From positions 1,888,001-1,952,000 of the forward strand of contig OY970323.1 of assembly GCA_963716985.1 (NCBI GenBank): a stretch of DNA of 64,000 bases, given 5' to 3'. The position numbers and the translations under genes are program-made. The notes under the pieces were generated by a model. It ran no database searches. It was not told the origin of the DNA and saw nothing but the letters and a program-made list of their open reading frames with translations. This DNA is from an uncultured bacterium (GTDB lineage Bacteria; Chlamydiota; Chlamydiia; Chlamydiales; SM23-39). Below are positions 9,575-20,363 of this stretch, piece after piece. Each line of letters opens with the position of its first letter. Position 1 is the first letter of the stretch.

Positions 9575-11290
9575 ATGAAATTTTCTCATTGGATCACTCT
9601 TTTCTCGCTTCTCTCTCTTCTCACTTTGCTCAGAAAACCCTTAGGGCTCTATCTTTCTCAAATATTCGATCCCAAAGAAAAAACCTTTCTAGACCCCCTC
9701 TTGGGCAAGGTAGAGCGCCGAATCTATCGGCTATGCCATATCAATCCGGAAGAAGAGGAGAGTGCGCGCGAGTATCTCTTTTCCGTCCTGATCTTTAGCT
9801 TTTCGTCTCTTGTCTTTGTCTTTCTCGTGCTCCAAATGCAAGGATTCCTTCCTCTAAATCCCGAACATTTTCCGTCCCCTTCCATGGATTTAAATTTCAA
9901 TACCGCAGTCAGTTTTATCACCAACACCAACTGGCAAAATTACAGTGGGGAGAAAACGCTTTCCTATTTTTCCCAAATGACCGCCCTTGCCGTTCAAAAT
10001 TTTCTATCGCCCGCCGTCGGCCTGAGCGTTCTTGCAGCCCTCACAAGAGGACTTTCCCGCCATAAGGAAAAAACCGTTGGGAATTTTTTTACCGACCTCA
10101 TCCGCTCCACGCTCTATCTTTTTTTACCGCTTGCATGGATTTTTTCCCTTTTTCTCCTCTGGCAGGGAGTGCCGCAAAACTTTCAACCCTATCAAAAAGC
10201 CATCTGCCTCGAAACCCACAGGCCGCAACTCATCGTGCAGGGACCGATTGCCTCGCAAGAAGCCATCAAGCTTCTGGGCACTAACGGCGGCGGATATACC
10301 AATACCAACTCCGCCCATCCTTATGAAAATCCAACGCCGCTTTGCAATTTCCTTCAAATTCTCGCTCTTCTGCTCATTCCCGCGGCGCAAACCTTCTATT
10401 TTGGAAAAGAAATCAAAAACGCCGGACATGGATGGACTCTTTATCTCGTCATGTGCTCTCTTTTTATTTTAGGAGTTTTTTTATGCAGTCATGCTGAAGA
10501 AGCAGGAACTCCTCTTCTCAAAGAAATCAGCCATCTTTCTTCCTCACCAAACATGGAAGGAAAAGAGGTGCGCTTTGGCATTTTTGACTCTACTCTTTTT
10601 GCTACAGCAACAACAGCTACCTCTACCGGCGCCACCAACTCCTCCCATACCTGTTACACCCCTCTCGGAGGCCTGATCCCCCTGCTCAATATGGAGCTCG
10701 GAGAAATCCTTTTCGGCGGCGTTGGCTCTGGTCTTTATGACATGGTGATCTTTATCATCATCTCCATTTTTCTCGCTGGGCTGATGGTGGGAAGAACGCC
10801 GGATTATCTGGGCAAGCGATTGGAGAGCGGTGAAATCAAAATGACCATGCTCGCCATGCTCACTCTCTTTACGACCATCCTCGGGTTTACGGCATTTGCC
10901 TGCACTTCTCCCGAGAGCCAAGCAGCAATCAACAATCAAGGGCCTCATGGGCTGACGGAAATCCTCTACGCCTTTACTTCTTGCGCTGCAAACAATGGCA
11001 GCGCTTTTGCAGGAAGTAATTTCAATATCCCCTGGTATAACATCACACTATCTCTCGCCATGCTCGTGGGCCGATTTTGCGTACTTATTCCCATACTTCT
11101 TTTGGCAGGCCTGTTCGTAAAAAAAGGGAAACACCCCACACAAGAGGGGTTCTTCCCCGTTGCCGGAATGCTCTTTTTCTTCCTTTTAACCGGCGTCATT
11201 ATCATCATCGGAGCACTAACCTATTCTCCGCCGCTTGTTTTAGGCCCCATTTTTGAACATTTCGACATGGTGCGAAAAATTTTCCACTAA
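9575..11290 (+). CDS. kdpA: K+-transporting ATPase subunit A
   Basis: NTAVSFITNTNWQ, LGTNGGG, GGVGSGL, NNGSAFAG motifs. Confidence 0.97.
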   Translation: MKFSHWITLFSLLSLLTLLRKPLGLYLSQIFDPKEKTFLDPLLGKVERRIYRLCHINPEEEESAREYLFSVLIFSFSSLVFVFLVLQMQGFLPLNPEHFPSPSMDLNFNTAVSFITNTNWQNYSGEKTLSYFSQMTALAVQNFLSPAVGLSVLAALTRGLSRHKEKTVGNFFTDLIRSTLYLFLPLAWIFSLFLLWQGVPQNFQPYQKAICLETHRPQLIVQGPIASQEAIKLLGTNGGGYTNTNSAHPYENPTPLCNFLQILALLLIPAAQTFYFGKEIKNAGHGWTLYLVMCSLFILGVFLCSHAEEAGTPLLKEISHLSSSPNMEGKEVRFGIFDSTLFATATTATSTGATNSSHTCYTPLGGLIPLLNMELGEILFGGVGSGLYDMVIFIIISIFLAGLMVGRTPDYLGKRLESGEIKMTMLAMLTLFTTILGFTAFACTSPESQAAINNQGPHGLTEILYAFTSCAANNGSAFAGSNFNIPWYNITLSLAMLVGRFCVLIPILLLAGLFVKKGKHPTQEGFFPVAGMLFFFLLTGVIIIIGALTYSPPLVLGPIFEHFDMVRKIFH

Positions 11291-11305
11291 AGAGGCTTTT
11301 TTTTC

Positions 11306-13312
11306 ATGAAAAACGTTCCGAAAAAGAAACACTTTCGCCTGCGGCTCTTTTGGGATGCATTGAAAAAATTTCATCCCTCTCTCCTTATCCACAACCCCGT
11401 GATGTTTTTGACTGCTATCGGCGCCCTCATCACCACACTCGAGCTCTTCTTTGCCAAAGAAAATCTTTTCACATTCACCCTCCACATCGCAATCTGGCTT
11501 TGGGCAACCGTTCTATTTGCAAATTTTTCCGAAGCCTTTTCCGAAAGCCGCAATGAACGCTACGCCTCCTCTCTCAGAGCCACCCGGCAGGTCGCTTATG
11601 CCAACTTGATTCAAGGAGAGATCATCTCTCGCATCGCCGCATCTCTTCTCAAAAAAAATGATCTGATTCTCATCAAAAGCGGGGAAACGGTCCCGACCGA
11701 TGGAGACATCGTCGAAGGCAGCGCCTCGATTGACGAGTCCGCCATCACGGGAGAATCCGCTCCTGTGATTCGCGCTTACGGAAGCGATCAGAGCACCGTG
11801 ACCGCGGGGACCAAACTTCTCTCGGATCAGATCAAGGTAAGAGTCACCGCAAATCCCGGAGAAACCTACCTCGATAAAATGATCCAGCTCATCGAAACCG
11901 CAAAGAGAAAAAAAACCCACAATGAGCTGGCGCTGACCATCCTTTTATCCGGACTCTCCTTCATTTTTCTCATCGTGATCATCTCTCTGAAGGTCTTCGG
12001 CAACTATTATCAAAGCGAATTTCCCTACAGCATGCTCGTCTCCTTTCTTGTTTGTTTGATTCCGACGACCATTGCCGGGCTTTTGAGCGCCATTGGCATT
12101 GCAGGGATCAACCACCTGATGAAATATAACGTTCTTGCTATGAGCGGACAGGCCATTGAAGCGGCAGGAGACATCGATATCTTCATGGTGGATAAAACGG
12201 GAACCATCACGCTTGGCAACCGCCATGCGGTGGCCTTCTTTCCCGAAGAAAAGATTATAGAAGAAGATCTCGCTAAAGCCGCCTATCTTTCTTCTCACGG
12301 AGATATCACTCCGGAAGGGAAAAGCATCGTAGATCTTGCATTAAAACTCTTTCCCCATTTCAAAGGACTAGATCTTAAGGGCACATTCATTCCTTTCAGC
12401 GCATCTACCCGAGTCAGCGGCATTGATACAAATGGCACCTCGATTCGAAAAGGCGCCAATGACATCATTGAAAAGTCGGCTTTGAAAGCCCCTTCTTTCT
12501 ATCTCAAACAAAAGGTCGAAGAGATTGCAAAAAGAGGGGGATCTCCTCTCTTGGTCTCTTCTAACGGGGCCATCTTGGGCGTCATCCATTTGAAAGACGT
12601 GATCAAGCCCGGGATTGCCGAGCAGTTTCGAAAATATCGCCTTTTGGGACAGAAAATCGTCATGGTCACCGGGGACAATGCGACCACTGCAACTACGATT
12701 GCAAAAGAAGCCGAGGTTTCCGATTTCATTGCGGAGGCCACGCCCGAACATAAGCTTTCCTATTTGGAAAGCATGCAAAAGAAAGGGTTCATGGTCGCAA
12801 TGACGGGAGACGGGGTCAATGATGCTCCCGCACTGGCCCACGCAAACGTCGGCGTGGCCATGAATGCCGGGACACAGGCAGCAAAAGAGGCGGGAAACAT
12901 GATCGATCTGGACTCCAATCCCACCAAACTCTTTACCATCATCGAAGTGGGCAAGCAGCTTCTCATGACAAGAGGGGCGCTTACCACCTTTAGCATCGCC
13001 AATGACGTGGCCAAATATTTTGCCGTCCTGCCCGCCATGCTCATGCCCCTCTTTCCCTTTTTCAAATCTTTGAATCTATTGAATCTCGCAACTCCGCAAA
13101 CGGCGATTTTAAGCGCCATCATCTTCAATGCGCTCATCATCGTCGCTCTGATCCCCCTGGCCATGAAAGGAATCAAATTCACTCCCCAAAAACCCGAAAT
13201 CATCCTAAAGAAAAACCTTCTTATTTATGGACTTGGCGGGGTCATACTCCCCTTTATCGGAATTAAGCTAATTGATATGATGATCGCAAACTTGCATTTC
13301 CTTCCTTTATGA
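11306..13312 (+). CDS. kdpB: K+-transporting ATPase subunit B
   Basis: TGES, LIPTTI, DKTGT, TGDN, GDGVNDAPAL. Confidence 0.97.
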   Translation: MKNVPKKKHFRLRLFWDALKKFHPSLLIHNPVMFLTAIGALITTLELFFAKENLFTFTLHIAIWLWATVLFANFSEAFSESRNERYASSLRATRQVAYANLIQGEIISRIAASLLKKNDLILIKSGETVPTDGDIVEGSASIDESAITGESAPVIRAYGSDQSTVTAGTKLLSDQIKVRVTANPGETYLDKMIQLIETAKRKKTHNELALTILLSGLSFIFLIVIISLKVFGNYYQSEFPYSMLVSFLVCLIPTTIAGLLSAIGIAGINHLMKYNVLAMSGQAIEAAGDIDIFMVDKTGTITLGNRHAVAFFPEEKIIEEDLAKAAYLSSHGDITPEGKSIVDLALKLFPHFKGLDLKGTFIPFSASTRVSGIDTNGTSIRKGANDIIEKSALKAPSFYLKQKVEEIAKRGGSPLLVSSNGAILGVIHLKDVIKPGIAEQFRKYRLLGQKIVMVTGDNATTATTIAKEAEVSDFIAEATPEHKLSYLESMQKKGFMVAMTGDGVNDAPALAHANVGVAMNAGTQAAKEAGNMIDLDSNPTKLFTIIEVGKQLLMTRGALTTFSIANDVAKYFAVLPAMLMPLFPFFKSLNLLNLATPQTAILSAIIFNALIIVALIPLAMKGIKFTPQKPEIILKKNLLIYGLGGVILPFIGIKLIDMMIANLHFLPL

Positions 13313-13905
13313 AAAAGCTGATCAAAAGACTCTTTTCTTCTTTTTTGTCTCTGCTATTTCTCACTCTGATTTTGGGCTTTTTTTATCCAATGCTTGTCTT
13401 TTTCTGTGGGAAGCTCTTCTTTTCGCAAAAAGCAAACGGCTCTCTTGTTTACCAAGAGGGCACGCTTGTGGGCTCTGCTCTCATCGGTCAAAACTTTTCT
13501 GAGGACCGCTATTTTCACCCACGGCCCTCTTACGCAGGAGATAAAGGCTACGATGCCATTGATTCGAGTGCAAGCTGCCTTGCAGTGACTTCTTCCAAAT
13601 TGGAAAAGCAAATCAGCCAAAATGCGCTAAATTATCGAAAAATCAATGGCCTTTCACCCGAAGCACCCCTTCCCGTCGATGCCATCACGGCTTCTGCCAG
13701 CGGACTCGATCCGCACATTAGTCCGGAAAATGCCCATCTGCAAATCCCTCGCATCGCGCGCACACGTCATTTAAGTGAAAAGGAAGTGCAAGAGCTGGTG
13801 GAAAAACATTTGGACAAGCCTCTGTTTTTTATTTTCGGCCAAAAGAGGATCAACGTTCTGATGATCAACCAGGCGCTCGATCAGCTTGCCACAGAAAAAA
13901 AATGA
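13309..13905 (+). CDS. kdpC: K+-transporting ATPase subunit C
   Basis: GSALIGQNF, YFHPRPS, SASGLDPHIS. Confidence 0.96.
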   Translation: MKKLIKRLFSSFLSLLFLTLILGFFYPMLVFFCGKLFFSQKANGSLVYQEGTLVGSALIGQNFSEDRYFHPRPSYAGDKGYDAIDSSASCLAVTSSKLEKQISQNALNYRKINGLSPEAPLPVDAITASASGLDPHISPENAHLQIPRIARTRHLSEKEVQELVEKHLDKPLFFIFGQKRINVLMINQALDQLATEKK

Positions 13906-13906
13906 G

Positions 13907-15139
13907 CTACTCCTCGTAAAGGAGAAAGTTCTTCCTTTTTTCCACAAAGCATTCTCTTTCTTTCTGCTCGAAATGGATCATCTTCCAAACAACGTATTTT
14001 TCTTTTTCTATCATTTGCAGGATCTCTGCATTTCCATTGACGCGGCAAAACTGCCTCTTTTTTTCCGCGCTCAAATCGTGAAAATATTTTTGAATTTCTT
14101 TCGGATAAAGGGATTTCAAAAGTCCCAAAAGAGCATATTGAACGCTCAGCGGACGATAGCTTTTTTTGTCGGTAATCAGGATGTGCACGCCATAACAATC
14201 TAAGTTTTTAAACACGCCATAAAAAGGGCGAAAGGAAAAGGGTAAAAATTTGACTCCCGGAAGATTTTGCCGATTTAACTGCATAGCTAGCCTCACTCCG
14301 TCGATCCAAGGAGCCCCCACCACCTTAAAAGGAAGCGTATATCCAATCCCGATACTGACCAGGTCCAGCTCTCCCAAAATTCCCGTAGACGCATAATAGA
14401 GGGGCGTATCGGCTTCCGGAATATGCGGGCTTGTAGGAATCCAGAAAAGACCCGTGTCTTGATAGGTCATCTTCCTTTTCCATCCCTTCATGGGGATCAC
14501 CGTGAGACGGCATTTGATCTCATACTGGTCATTAAAATAATGGGCCAGCTCTCCGATCGTCATCCCATGGCAATAGGGAACGTTCACATACCCTAAAAAG
14601 GAGCGCCACTCTTCATGCAGCATAGGGCCATCGACTAAAGAACCTCCAAGAGGATTCGGCCGATCGAAGACCATTACTTCAACGTCCTGTTTTGCCGCTT
14701 CTTCCATCACGTAGAAAAGGGTAGTCGCATAGGTATAAGGACGGCAGCCGATCTCCTGTATGTCGAAAATGACGAGATCGATTCCTTCCAGCATCTTCTC
14801 CGTCGGCCGTCTTGTAGATCCGTAAAGACTATAGACGGGAATGCCTTCCTGCTCTTTTTCATGATCAATCTTTTCAGCTGCCAGAGCCGATCCCCGAATG
14901 CCATGTTCCGGAGAAAACAGAGCTACCACTTGGTAGTCTTTTGCATGTCTCTGGAGAAGCTCGAATGTCGTATTGAGAGAACTATTGACGCCCGTATGAT
15001 TGGTGACAAGGCCTACCTTTTTCTTTTTCAAAAGCTGCACATGTCCGTCCTCAAAAAAGACATCCACCCCCAAACGCACGCAGGGCGATGAAAAAAGAAA
15101 TGCATTCCAGAAAAAAAAGAAAAGAAAGAGTTTCTTCAT
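13907..15139 (-). CDS. namZ: DUF1343/NamZ (YbbC) exo-beta-N-acetylmuramidase family protein
   Basis: GLVTNHTG, FSPEHG, FDIQEIGCR.YTY, DRPNPLGG, HGMTIGELA; likely start MKKLF at 15139. Confidence 0.85.
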   Translation of the reverse strand: MKKLFLFFFFWNAFLFSSPCVRLGVDVFFEDGHVQLLKKKKVGLVTNHTGVNSSLNTTFELLQRHAKDYQVVALFSPEHGIRGSALAAEKIDHEKEQEGIPVYSLYGSTRRPTEKMLEGIDLVIFDIQEIGCRPYTYATTLFYVMEEAAKQDVEVMVFDRPNPLGGSLVDGPMLHEEWRSFLGYVNVPYCHGMTIGELAHYFNDQYEIKCRLTVIPMKGWKRKMTYQDTGLFWIPTSPHIPEADTPLYYASTGILGELDLVSIGIGYTLPFKVVGAPWIDGVRLAMQLNRQNLPGVKFLPFSFRPFYGVFKNLDCYGVHILITDKKSYRPLSVQYALLGLLKSLYPKEIQKYFHDLSAEKKRQFCRVNGNAEILQMIEKEKYVVWKMIHFEQKERECFVEKRKNFLLYEE

Positions 15140-15344
15140 ATATTTGATTGCGTGCAAACCCAGAGCTGCAGGGCCGGGGAAAAACGCGGCTTTTTTGTTT
15201 GAAAATAACATGTAACCACATTTTTTTGCCAAGTCAACGAAGGAACGATTCCTATTCGACCTCTTTTTTTCCCAAATGAAGAGAGGAAAAAACTTCTCTT
15301 TGAAAAAATAGAAATCTGCCCTACTCTTTGTAAAAACATCGAGA

Positions 15345-16367
15345 ATGAACGTGAAAAAAGCACTGATTCTTTCCATTTTTTTCTTCCTACTCCTAAGCTC
15401 TGCCATCTATTTCATCCACTTTGCCACAAAAGAAGATACCGTTTACATTGCGGCCGGCTTTTTTCAAGGGCCCTTTGGAGAAAAGGGAAAGCGGAAAATC
15501 ATTCCTCTTTACGGGTATTATCTTCCCCATGTATTTCAAGCCTATGGCTTGAAAGTCAAAGCTCCCAAGTCTTATAAAAAACTTCCACAAGCCAAAAAAA
15601 TCATTCTCTTCGACCTTATCTCCGACCACAACTTAGAAGCACTTTCCCATCAACCTCCCGAAAAGCTCTCTCTCTTTCTTTGGGAGCCGCCATCGACCGT
15701 CCCGGAAAATTATGATAAAAAGACCCATGAACTCTTCTCTAGAATCTATACCTGGAACGATGATCTTGTGGACAACAAGAAATATTTCAAACTCTACTGC
15801 CCCGATGCAAAGCAGATGATTGCAACGACTCTCCCTTTTGAAGAGAAAAAACTCTCTGCGCTTGTGTGCAGAAATAAAAAATCGAACCATCCGGATGAGC
15901 TCTATTCCGAAAGAGAAAAGGTCATCCAGTTTTTTGAAAAAAGAGCCCCTGAAGATTTTGATCTTTATGGCGAGGGGTGGGAAACAAAGGGATATAAAAC
16001 CTATAAGGGAGCGCCCGTAAGCAAAGAATGTCTCAAAGGATATAAGTTCAACTTTGCCTATGAAAACATGCACCATATCAACGGATACATCACGGAAAAG
16101 ATCTTCGAAACCTTTTATTACGGATGCGTCCCTGTCTATTGGGGAGCGGAAAATATTGCCGGCTACATTCCCGAAAATTGCTACATCGACCGAAGAAAAT
16201 TTTCTTCCAACGAGGAGCTCTACCTCTACCTGAAAAGCATCACCGCCGAGGACTATGCACTCTACCTGGATCATATTCGCGCCTTCCTTAAAAGCGACTT
16301 GGCCAAACCCTTTACGCCCGAAACTTTCATCGAAACTCTCAAAGAAGCTGCCGGCATCCATAAATAG
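15345..16367 (+). CDS. Glycosyltransferase family 10 (alpha-1,3-fucosyltransferase-like)
   Basis: YKFNFAYEN...GYITEKIF...GCVPVYWG. Confidence 0.85.
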   Translation: MNVKKALILSIFFFLLLSSAIYFIHFATKEDTVYIAAGFFQGPFGEKGKRKIIPLYGYYLPHVFQAYGLKVKAPKSYKKLPQAKKIILFDLISDHNLEALSHQPPEKLSLFLWEPPSTVPENYDKKTHELFSRIYTWNDDLVDNKKYFKLYCPDAKQMIATTLPFEEKKLSALVCRNKKSNHPDELYSEREKVIQFFEKRAPEDFDLYGEGWETKGYKTYKGAPVSKECLKGYKFNFAYENMHHINGYITEKIFETFYYGCVPVYWGAENIAGYIPENCYIDRRKFSSNEELYLYLKSITAEDYALYLDHIRAFLKSDLAKPFTPETFIETLKEAAGIHK

Positions 16368-16423
16368 GCCCTGGAAGGTGGGCACAAGTGCGCCCTTATG
16401 TGCAGATATAGGAAGATGAGAAG

Positions 16424-17368
16424 ATGGATCAATCGGTTTTTAAGATGGGAGAAATTGTGCAAAACTTCATAAAGAACCACATTCGTTTTTCACAACAAAT
16501 GGTCGTTTTTTTACTGCTCTTCTTTTTTTCCTCATGCGCGCGCACATCTGCGCCCATTTCTACCGATTCCCACCCCTATCGACTGGCCATTTGCGCAATG
16601 TTTAAAAATGAAGCTCCCTGGTTGAAGGAATGGATTCTCTATCATCATAAGGTATTGGGAGTCGACCATTTTTATCTCTATAACAATGACAGTACAGACC
16701 AGTACAAAGAGGTGCTACAGCCCTTTATCGATCAGCAAATCGTTGATTTGATCGACTGGTCATCGGATGCTCCTGCCCATAAAACCCAGGGTGCATTCAA
16801 CGATGCCCCTTGGGTAACTACCCAAATAGGGGCCTATAACGATTGTCTGAAAAATAAGGCGCTCGGAAGGGCCAGATGGGTGGCAATGATCGATATTGAT
16901 GAGTTTATTGTCCCGACAAAGGGAGTGGCTATCTTCTACAAACTGCTCGATCATGCACAAAAGAAAAATAAGGGTTCCGTTTGCCTTCACTGGCGCGTAT
17001 TTGGAACATCTCATGTGGAGGAATTAACGCATAGCGATCTGCTCACGGAAAAGCTCACCTGGAGATCTCGCGACGATCATCCCTGGAACCAGAGAGTCAA
17101 AAGTATTTATCGCCCGGAAGGAGTCTCCTTTTGTCTCGTGCATGTTGCTGAAAAACTCAATCCAAACTTTGGAAGCACAACGCTCAATCCCAATGAGGTG
17201 CGCATCCATCATTACTGGTCTCGGACAAAAAAGTTTTGTCTAGAAAGACGAAAACTTTCGGAACTCACGGATCCCGGTTTTTTCGAAGCGTTTCATCAAG
17301 TGGAAGATCGGTCCATCTTCCAATATCTTCCCATCATTAAAGAATCTCTGAACAGCGCGGATGAGTAA
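16424..17368 (+). CDS. Glycosyltransferase family 92 / GT2-like protein
   Basis: LAICAMFKNEAPWLKEWILYH, HFYLYNNDSTD, IDIDEF; true start may be downstream. Confidence 0.8.
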   Translation: MDQSVFKMGEIVQNFIKNHIRFSQQMVVFLLLFFFSSCARTSAPISTDSHPYRLAICAMFKNEAPWLKEWILYHHKVLGVDHFYLYNNDSTDQYKEVLQPFIDQQIVDLIDWSSDAPAHKTQGAFNDAPWVTTQIGAYNDCLKNKALGRARWVAMIDIDEFIVPTKGVAIFYKLLDHAQKKNKGSVCLHWRVFGTSHVEELTHSDLLTEKLTWRSRDDHPWNQRVKSIYRPEGVSFCLVHVAEKLNPNFGSTTLNPNEVRIHHYWSRTKKFCLERRKLSELTDPGFFEAFHQVEDRSIFQYLPIIKESLNSADE

Positions 17369-17440
17369 AAAAACGGCCTCAAAACGTAAGAAGCCTGCAT
17401 GATTGGAAAAAAAGATGTACGCCGGAGATCCTCGCGTTTT

Positions 17441-17788
17441 TTAGCGTTTCCGCTCTCGGTTCAATTCTCGAAAGTCGACGCCCGATTGCGCTTTCATCTC
17501 ATCCAAGATTGAGCAGGTGGCAAGCTCGTCGCATGCAAAGCAGCCGGCAATCTTTTTCTTTAATGCACAGGCTCTGGTAGGGCACATGCTGCAATAACCG
17601 CATTGCACTCCCGTTTTTTTCACGCAGCCGGAGCAGTTGATCATTTCCCGGGCAAAGGGATGGTGATACTTTTGCGACCAGATGGCGGCCGTTCGATCGC
17701 GAAGCGCATCATCATCTGTTTGTAACGCAATATAAGCCGGACACTCGCCGCAATCAAGACCGCAAAACCCAAAAAGTTTTTGACCCAT
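17441..17788 (-). CDS. DUF3795-like Cys-rich metal-binding protein
   Basis: CGLDCGECPAY...CSGC...CSMC..RACA...CFACDE..C. Confidence 0.75.
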   Translation of the reverse strand: MGQKLFGFCGLDCGECPAYIALQTDDDALRDRTAAIWSQKYHHPFAREMINCSGCVKKTGVQCGYCSMCPTRACALKKKIAGCFACDELATCSILDEMKAQSGVDFRELNRERKR

Positions 17789-17938
17789 ACAGATCTCCTT
17801 AAAAAAACGCTCAAAGCATACTATCTGCGAAGAAAAAGAGCAAATTTTAGATGCGGAAGATCGAGATCATTCCTGAGAATGCGACTCTCTTTCAGAAAGG
17901 ACAGAAGAGGCATTCCTTTGGCTTTTTAACGCATGCCC

Positions 17939-19309
17939 TTAAAACTCTGCGACAAGTGCCTGCAGCGTCTCTTTGGCATCTCCAAAGATCATAGAGGTGT
18001 TGTCCTTGAAAAAGAGCGGATTTTCAATCCCTGCAAATCCCGTCGACATCGAACGTTTGAGGACAAAAACATTCTTTGCTTTGTCCACTTCGATAATAGG
18101 CATGCCATAAATCGGACTTGTCGCATCGTCTCTGGCCGAGGTGTTGACCACGTCGTTGGCTCCGATCACCATGCAAACGTCCACGGTTGCCATCGATCGG
18201 TTGATATCGTCCATTTCAATCAGGCGGTCATAGGACACATTGGCTTCGGCTAAAAGCACATTCATATGGCCCGGCATCCTGCCGGCTACGGGATGGATGG
18301 CATACCTCACCTCCGCTCCATTTTCTTCGAGCATCTCTTCCAATTCTCTGACGATATGTTGTGCTTGTGCAACAGCAAGACCGTAGCCCGGAACAATAAC
18401 GACCGATTTTGCAGCTTCCAGAACAAAATAGGCATCCTTGGGAGTCATCGATTTGATCTCCCCTTGCGGTTTTTCCTTTTTTTGGGACGCTGCGCTGCTA
18501 AAGCCGCTAAAAAGAATATGCGCAAGCGAGCGGTTCATTGCCCGGCACATAATCGTAGACAAGATCACGCCGTTGGCACCGACCAAAGCGCCCGATACGA
18601 TCAGAAGATTGTTTTCCAATACCAAGCCGACCGTACAAGCTGCAAGTCCTGAATAGCTGTTGAGAAGAGAGATGACAACGGGCATATCGGCTCCCCCAAT
18701 CGGAATGACCATCGTCACTCCCAAAACAAGCGAGCCCAAAATAATCCACAAGAGAAGGCTGTAGCTCTCTTTGGGATCTATGCAATAGAAAACGCCGAGA
18801 ACGATCACGAGGGCAATTAATGAAAAGTTAAAGATTTTCTGCCAGGAAAAGACCAGGGGGCGTCCGGGAATTTTTTCGCTCAGCTTGGCCCAGGCAATCA
18901 TACTTCCCGTAAACGTAAAGCCTCCGATGAAAATCGATAAAAAAACATCGATCGTTGTAAACAACGCAAGGCCGGGGGTGGCATGATAAATCGACCAGCC
19001 GACCAGCATGCTGGCAAGGCCTCCGAAACCATGAAGAAGGGCCACCATTTCCGGCATGGCGGTCATCTTGACTTTTTTTGCAGCAAAGATGCCGATCGCA
19101 GAGCCGCCGGTTAAAAAAATCAAAAAACTCCACAGATAAGGGAGCGCTTCTTTATGGAGAATCGTTGCAAAGGCCGCAAGCAGCATGCCCGAAGCAGAAA
19201 TCCAGTTTCCTTTTCTCGCCGTTAAAGGAGATTGGAGCATTTTCAATCCAAAGATAAAACTTACGCAGGAAACGAGGTAGGCAAGGTTGATGACAATTTC
19301 AGGATTCAT
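17939..19309 (-). CDS. pntB: NAD(P) transhydrogenase subunit beta
   Basis: MTAMPEMVA, IGGADMPVVIS, VPGYGLAVAQAQH, HPVAGRMPGHMN. Confidence 0.97.
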   Translation of the reverse strand: MNPEIVINLAYLVSCVSFIFGLKMLQSPLTARKGNWISASGMLLAAFATILHKEALPYLWSFLIFLTGGSAIGIFAAKKVKMTAMPEMVALLHGFGGLASMLVGWSIYHATPGLALFTTIDVFLSIFIGGFTFTGSMIAWAKLSEKIPGRPLVFSWQKIFNFSLIALVIVLGVFYCIDPKESYSLLLWIILGSLVLGVTMVIPIGGADMPVVISLLNSYSGLAACTVGLVLENNLLIVSGALVGANGVILSTIMCRAMNRSLAHILFSGFSSAASQKKEKPQGEIKSMTPKDAYFVLEAAKSVVIVPGYGLAVAQAQHIVRELEEMLEENGAEVRYAIHPVAGRMPGHMNVLLAEANVSYDRLIEMDDINRSMATVDVCMVIGANDVVNTSARDDATSPIYGMPIIEVDKAKNVFVLKRSMSTGFAGIENPLFFKDNTSMIFGDAKETLQALVAEF

Positions 19310-19605
19310 TTTTTTTCTCCGGAGGGTTTTTTCTTAAACATCATCAGCATTCGATCGGTCACAAGATAGCCGCCCACTACGTTGATCGTCGCAAAAAATA
19401 TTGCAGCAAGTCCCAGAGCAGATGCAAAAGAAAATCCTTTTGAAGCAGCTAAAAAAGCACCCACTAACGTAATGCCGGAAATGGCATTGGTTTCCGACAT
19501 CAGCGGCGTATGTAAAATGGAAGGGACCTTTGCAATCACCTCAAATCCCACAAAGATTGCGAGTACCAGAACAAAAGCGAACAAAATATAGATTTGAACT
19601 TCCAT
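19306..19605 (-). CDS. pntA: NAD(P) transhydrogenase subunit alpha part 2
   Basis: [27 protein letters not shown]. Confidence 0.93.
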   Translation of the reverse strand: MEVQIYILFAFVLVLAIFVGFEVIAKVPSILHTPLMSETNAISGITLVGAFLAASKGFSFASALGLAAIFFATINVVGGYLVTDRMLMMFKKKPSGEKK

Positions 19606-19745
19606 GCTTGCGTCCTTATTTAGAATGGTTTTTCCAGCTTCCGGTCAGTATAGCTGAAGATCGACCTTCTAGAAAAAACTTTTTAAAAAATCTAGAGAAT
19701 TTTTTTGAAACAAACTATAAGGAAAAAAACCAAGGAGCTGTTTTT

Positions 19746-20357
19746 ATGAAACTATTGGTCCTCTTTCATTCGCAATATGGCCATGTCTATGAGCTTGCCA
19801 AAGAAATTGCTGCCGGCGCCAAAGAAGTGCAAAAAAGCATTGTAGACATCAAAAAAGTTCCGGAAACTCTTTCTCCCGAGATCGTGAAAAAAATCGGCGG
19901 CGAGGATGCGGCCAAAAAAATGAAAGATATTCCCATTTGCAAAGTAGAAGATCTTGCCCATTATGATGCCATTCTCTTCGGCACTCCCACCCGCTTTGGC
20001 AATATGTGCGGACAGATGCGTCAATTCTTAGACGCCACAGGTGGTCTTTGGATGAAGGGCGCTCTTGTAGGAAAAATCGGCAGCGTCTTTGCCAGCTCCA
20101 GCACCCAGCATGGCGGACAGGAATCCACCATTTTGTCCTTTCATATCACCCTGCTTCATCATGGAATGATCCTGGTCGGCCTTCCTTACACCTTCCAAGG
20201 ACAGATGATCAACACGGAAATTACCGGCTCCTCGCCTTATGGATCATCCACTATCTCCGGAACACAAAACGAGCGCAACCCTTCCGAAAACGAGCGCAAA
20301 GCCGCCCGCTTTCAAGGAAAACACGTAGCGACTCTCGCCGCAAAGCTTTGTCAATAA
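19746..20357 (+). CDS. wrbA: NAD(P)H:quinone oxidoreductase WrbA
   Basis: [25 protein letters not shown]; start MKLLVL behind GGAG. Confidence 0.95.
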   Translation: MKLLVLFHSQYGHVYELAKEIAAGAKEVQKSIVDIKKVPETLSPEIVKKIGGEDAAKKMKDIPICKVEDLAHYDAILFGTPTRFGNMCGQMRQFLDATGGLWMKGALVGKIGSVFASSSTQHGGQESTILSFHITLLHHGMILVGLPYTFQGQMINTEITGSSPYGSSTISGTQNERNPSENERKAARFQGKHVATLAAKLCQ

Positions 20358-20363
20358 TAAGAC

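Noticed and set aside
15633..16385. 250-aa antisense ORF and many similar shadow ORFs
   Set aside because: They overlap well-supported genes on the opposite strand or frame and have no recognisable motifs.
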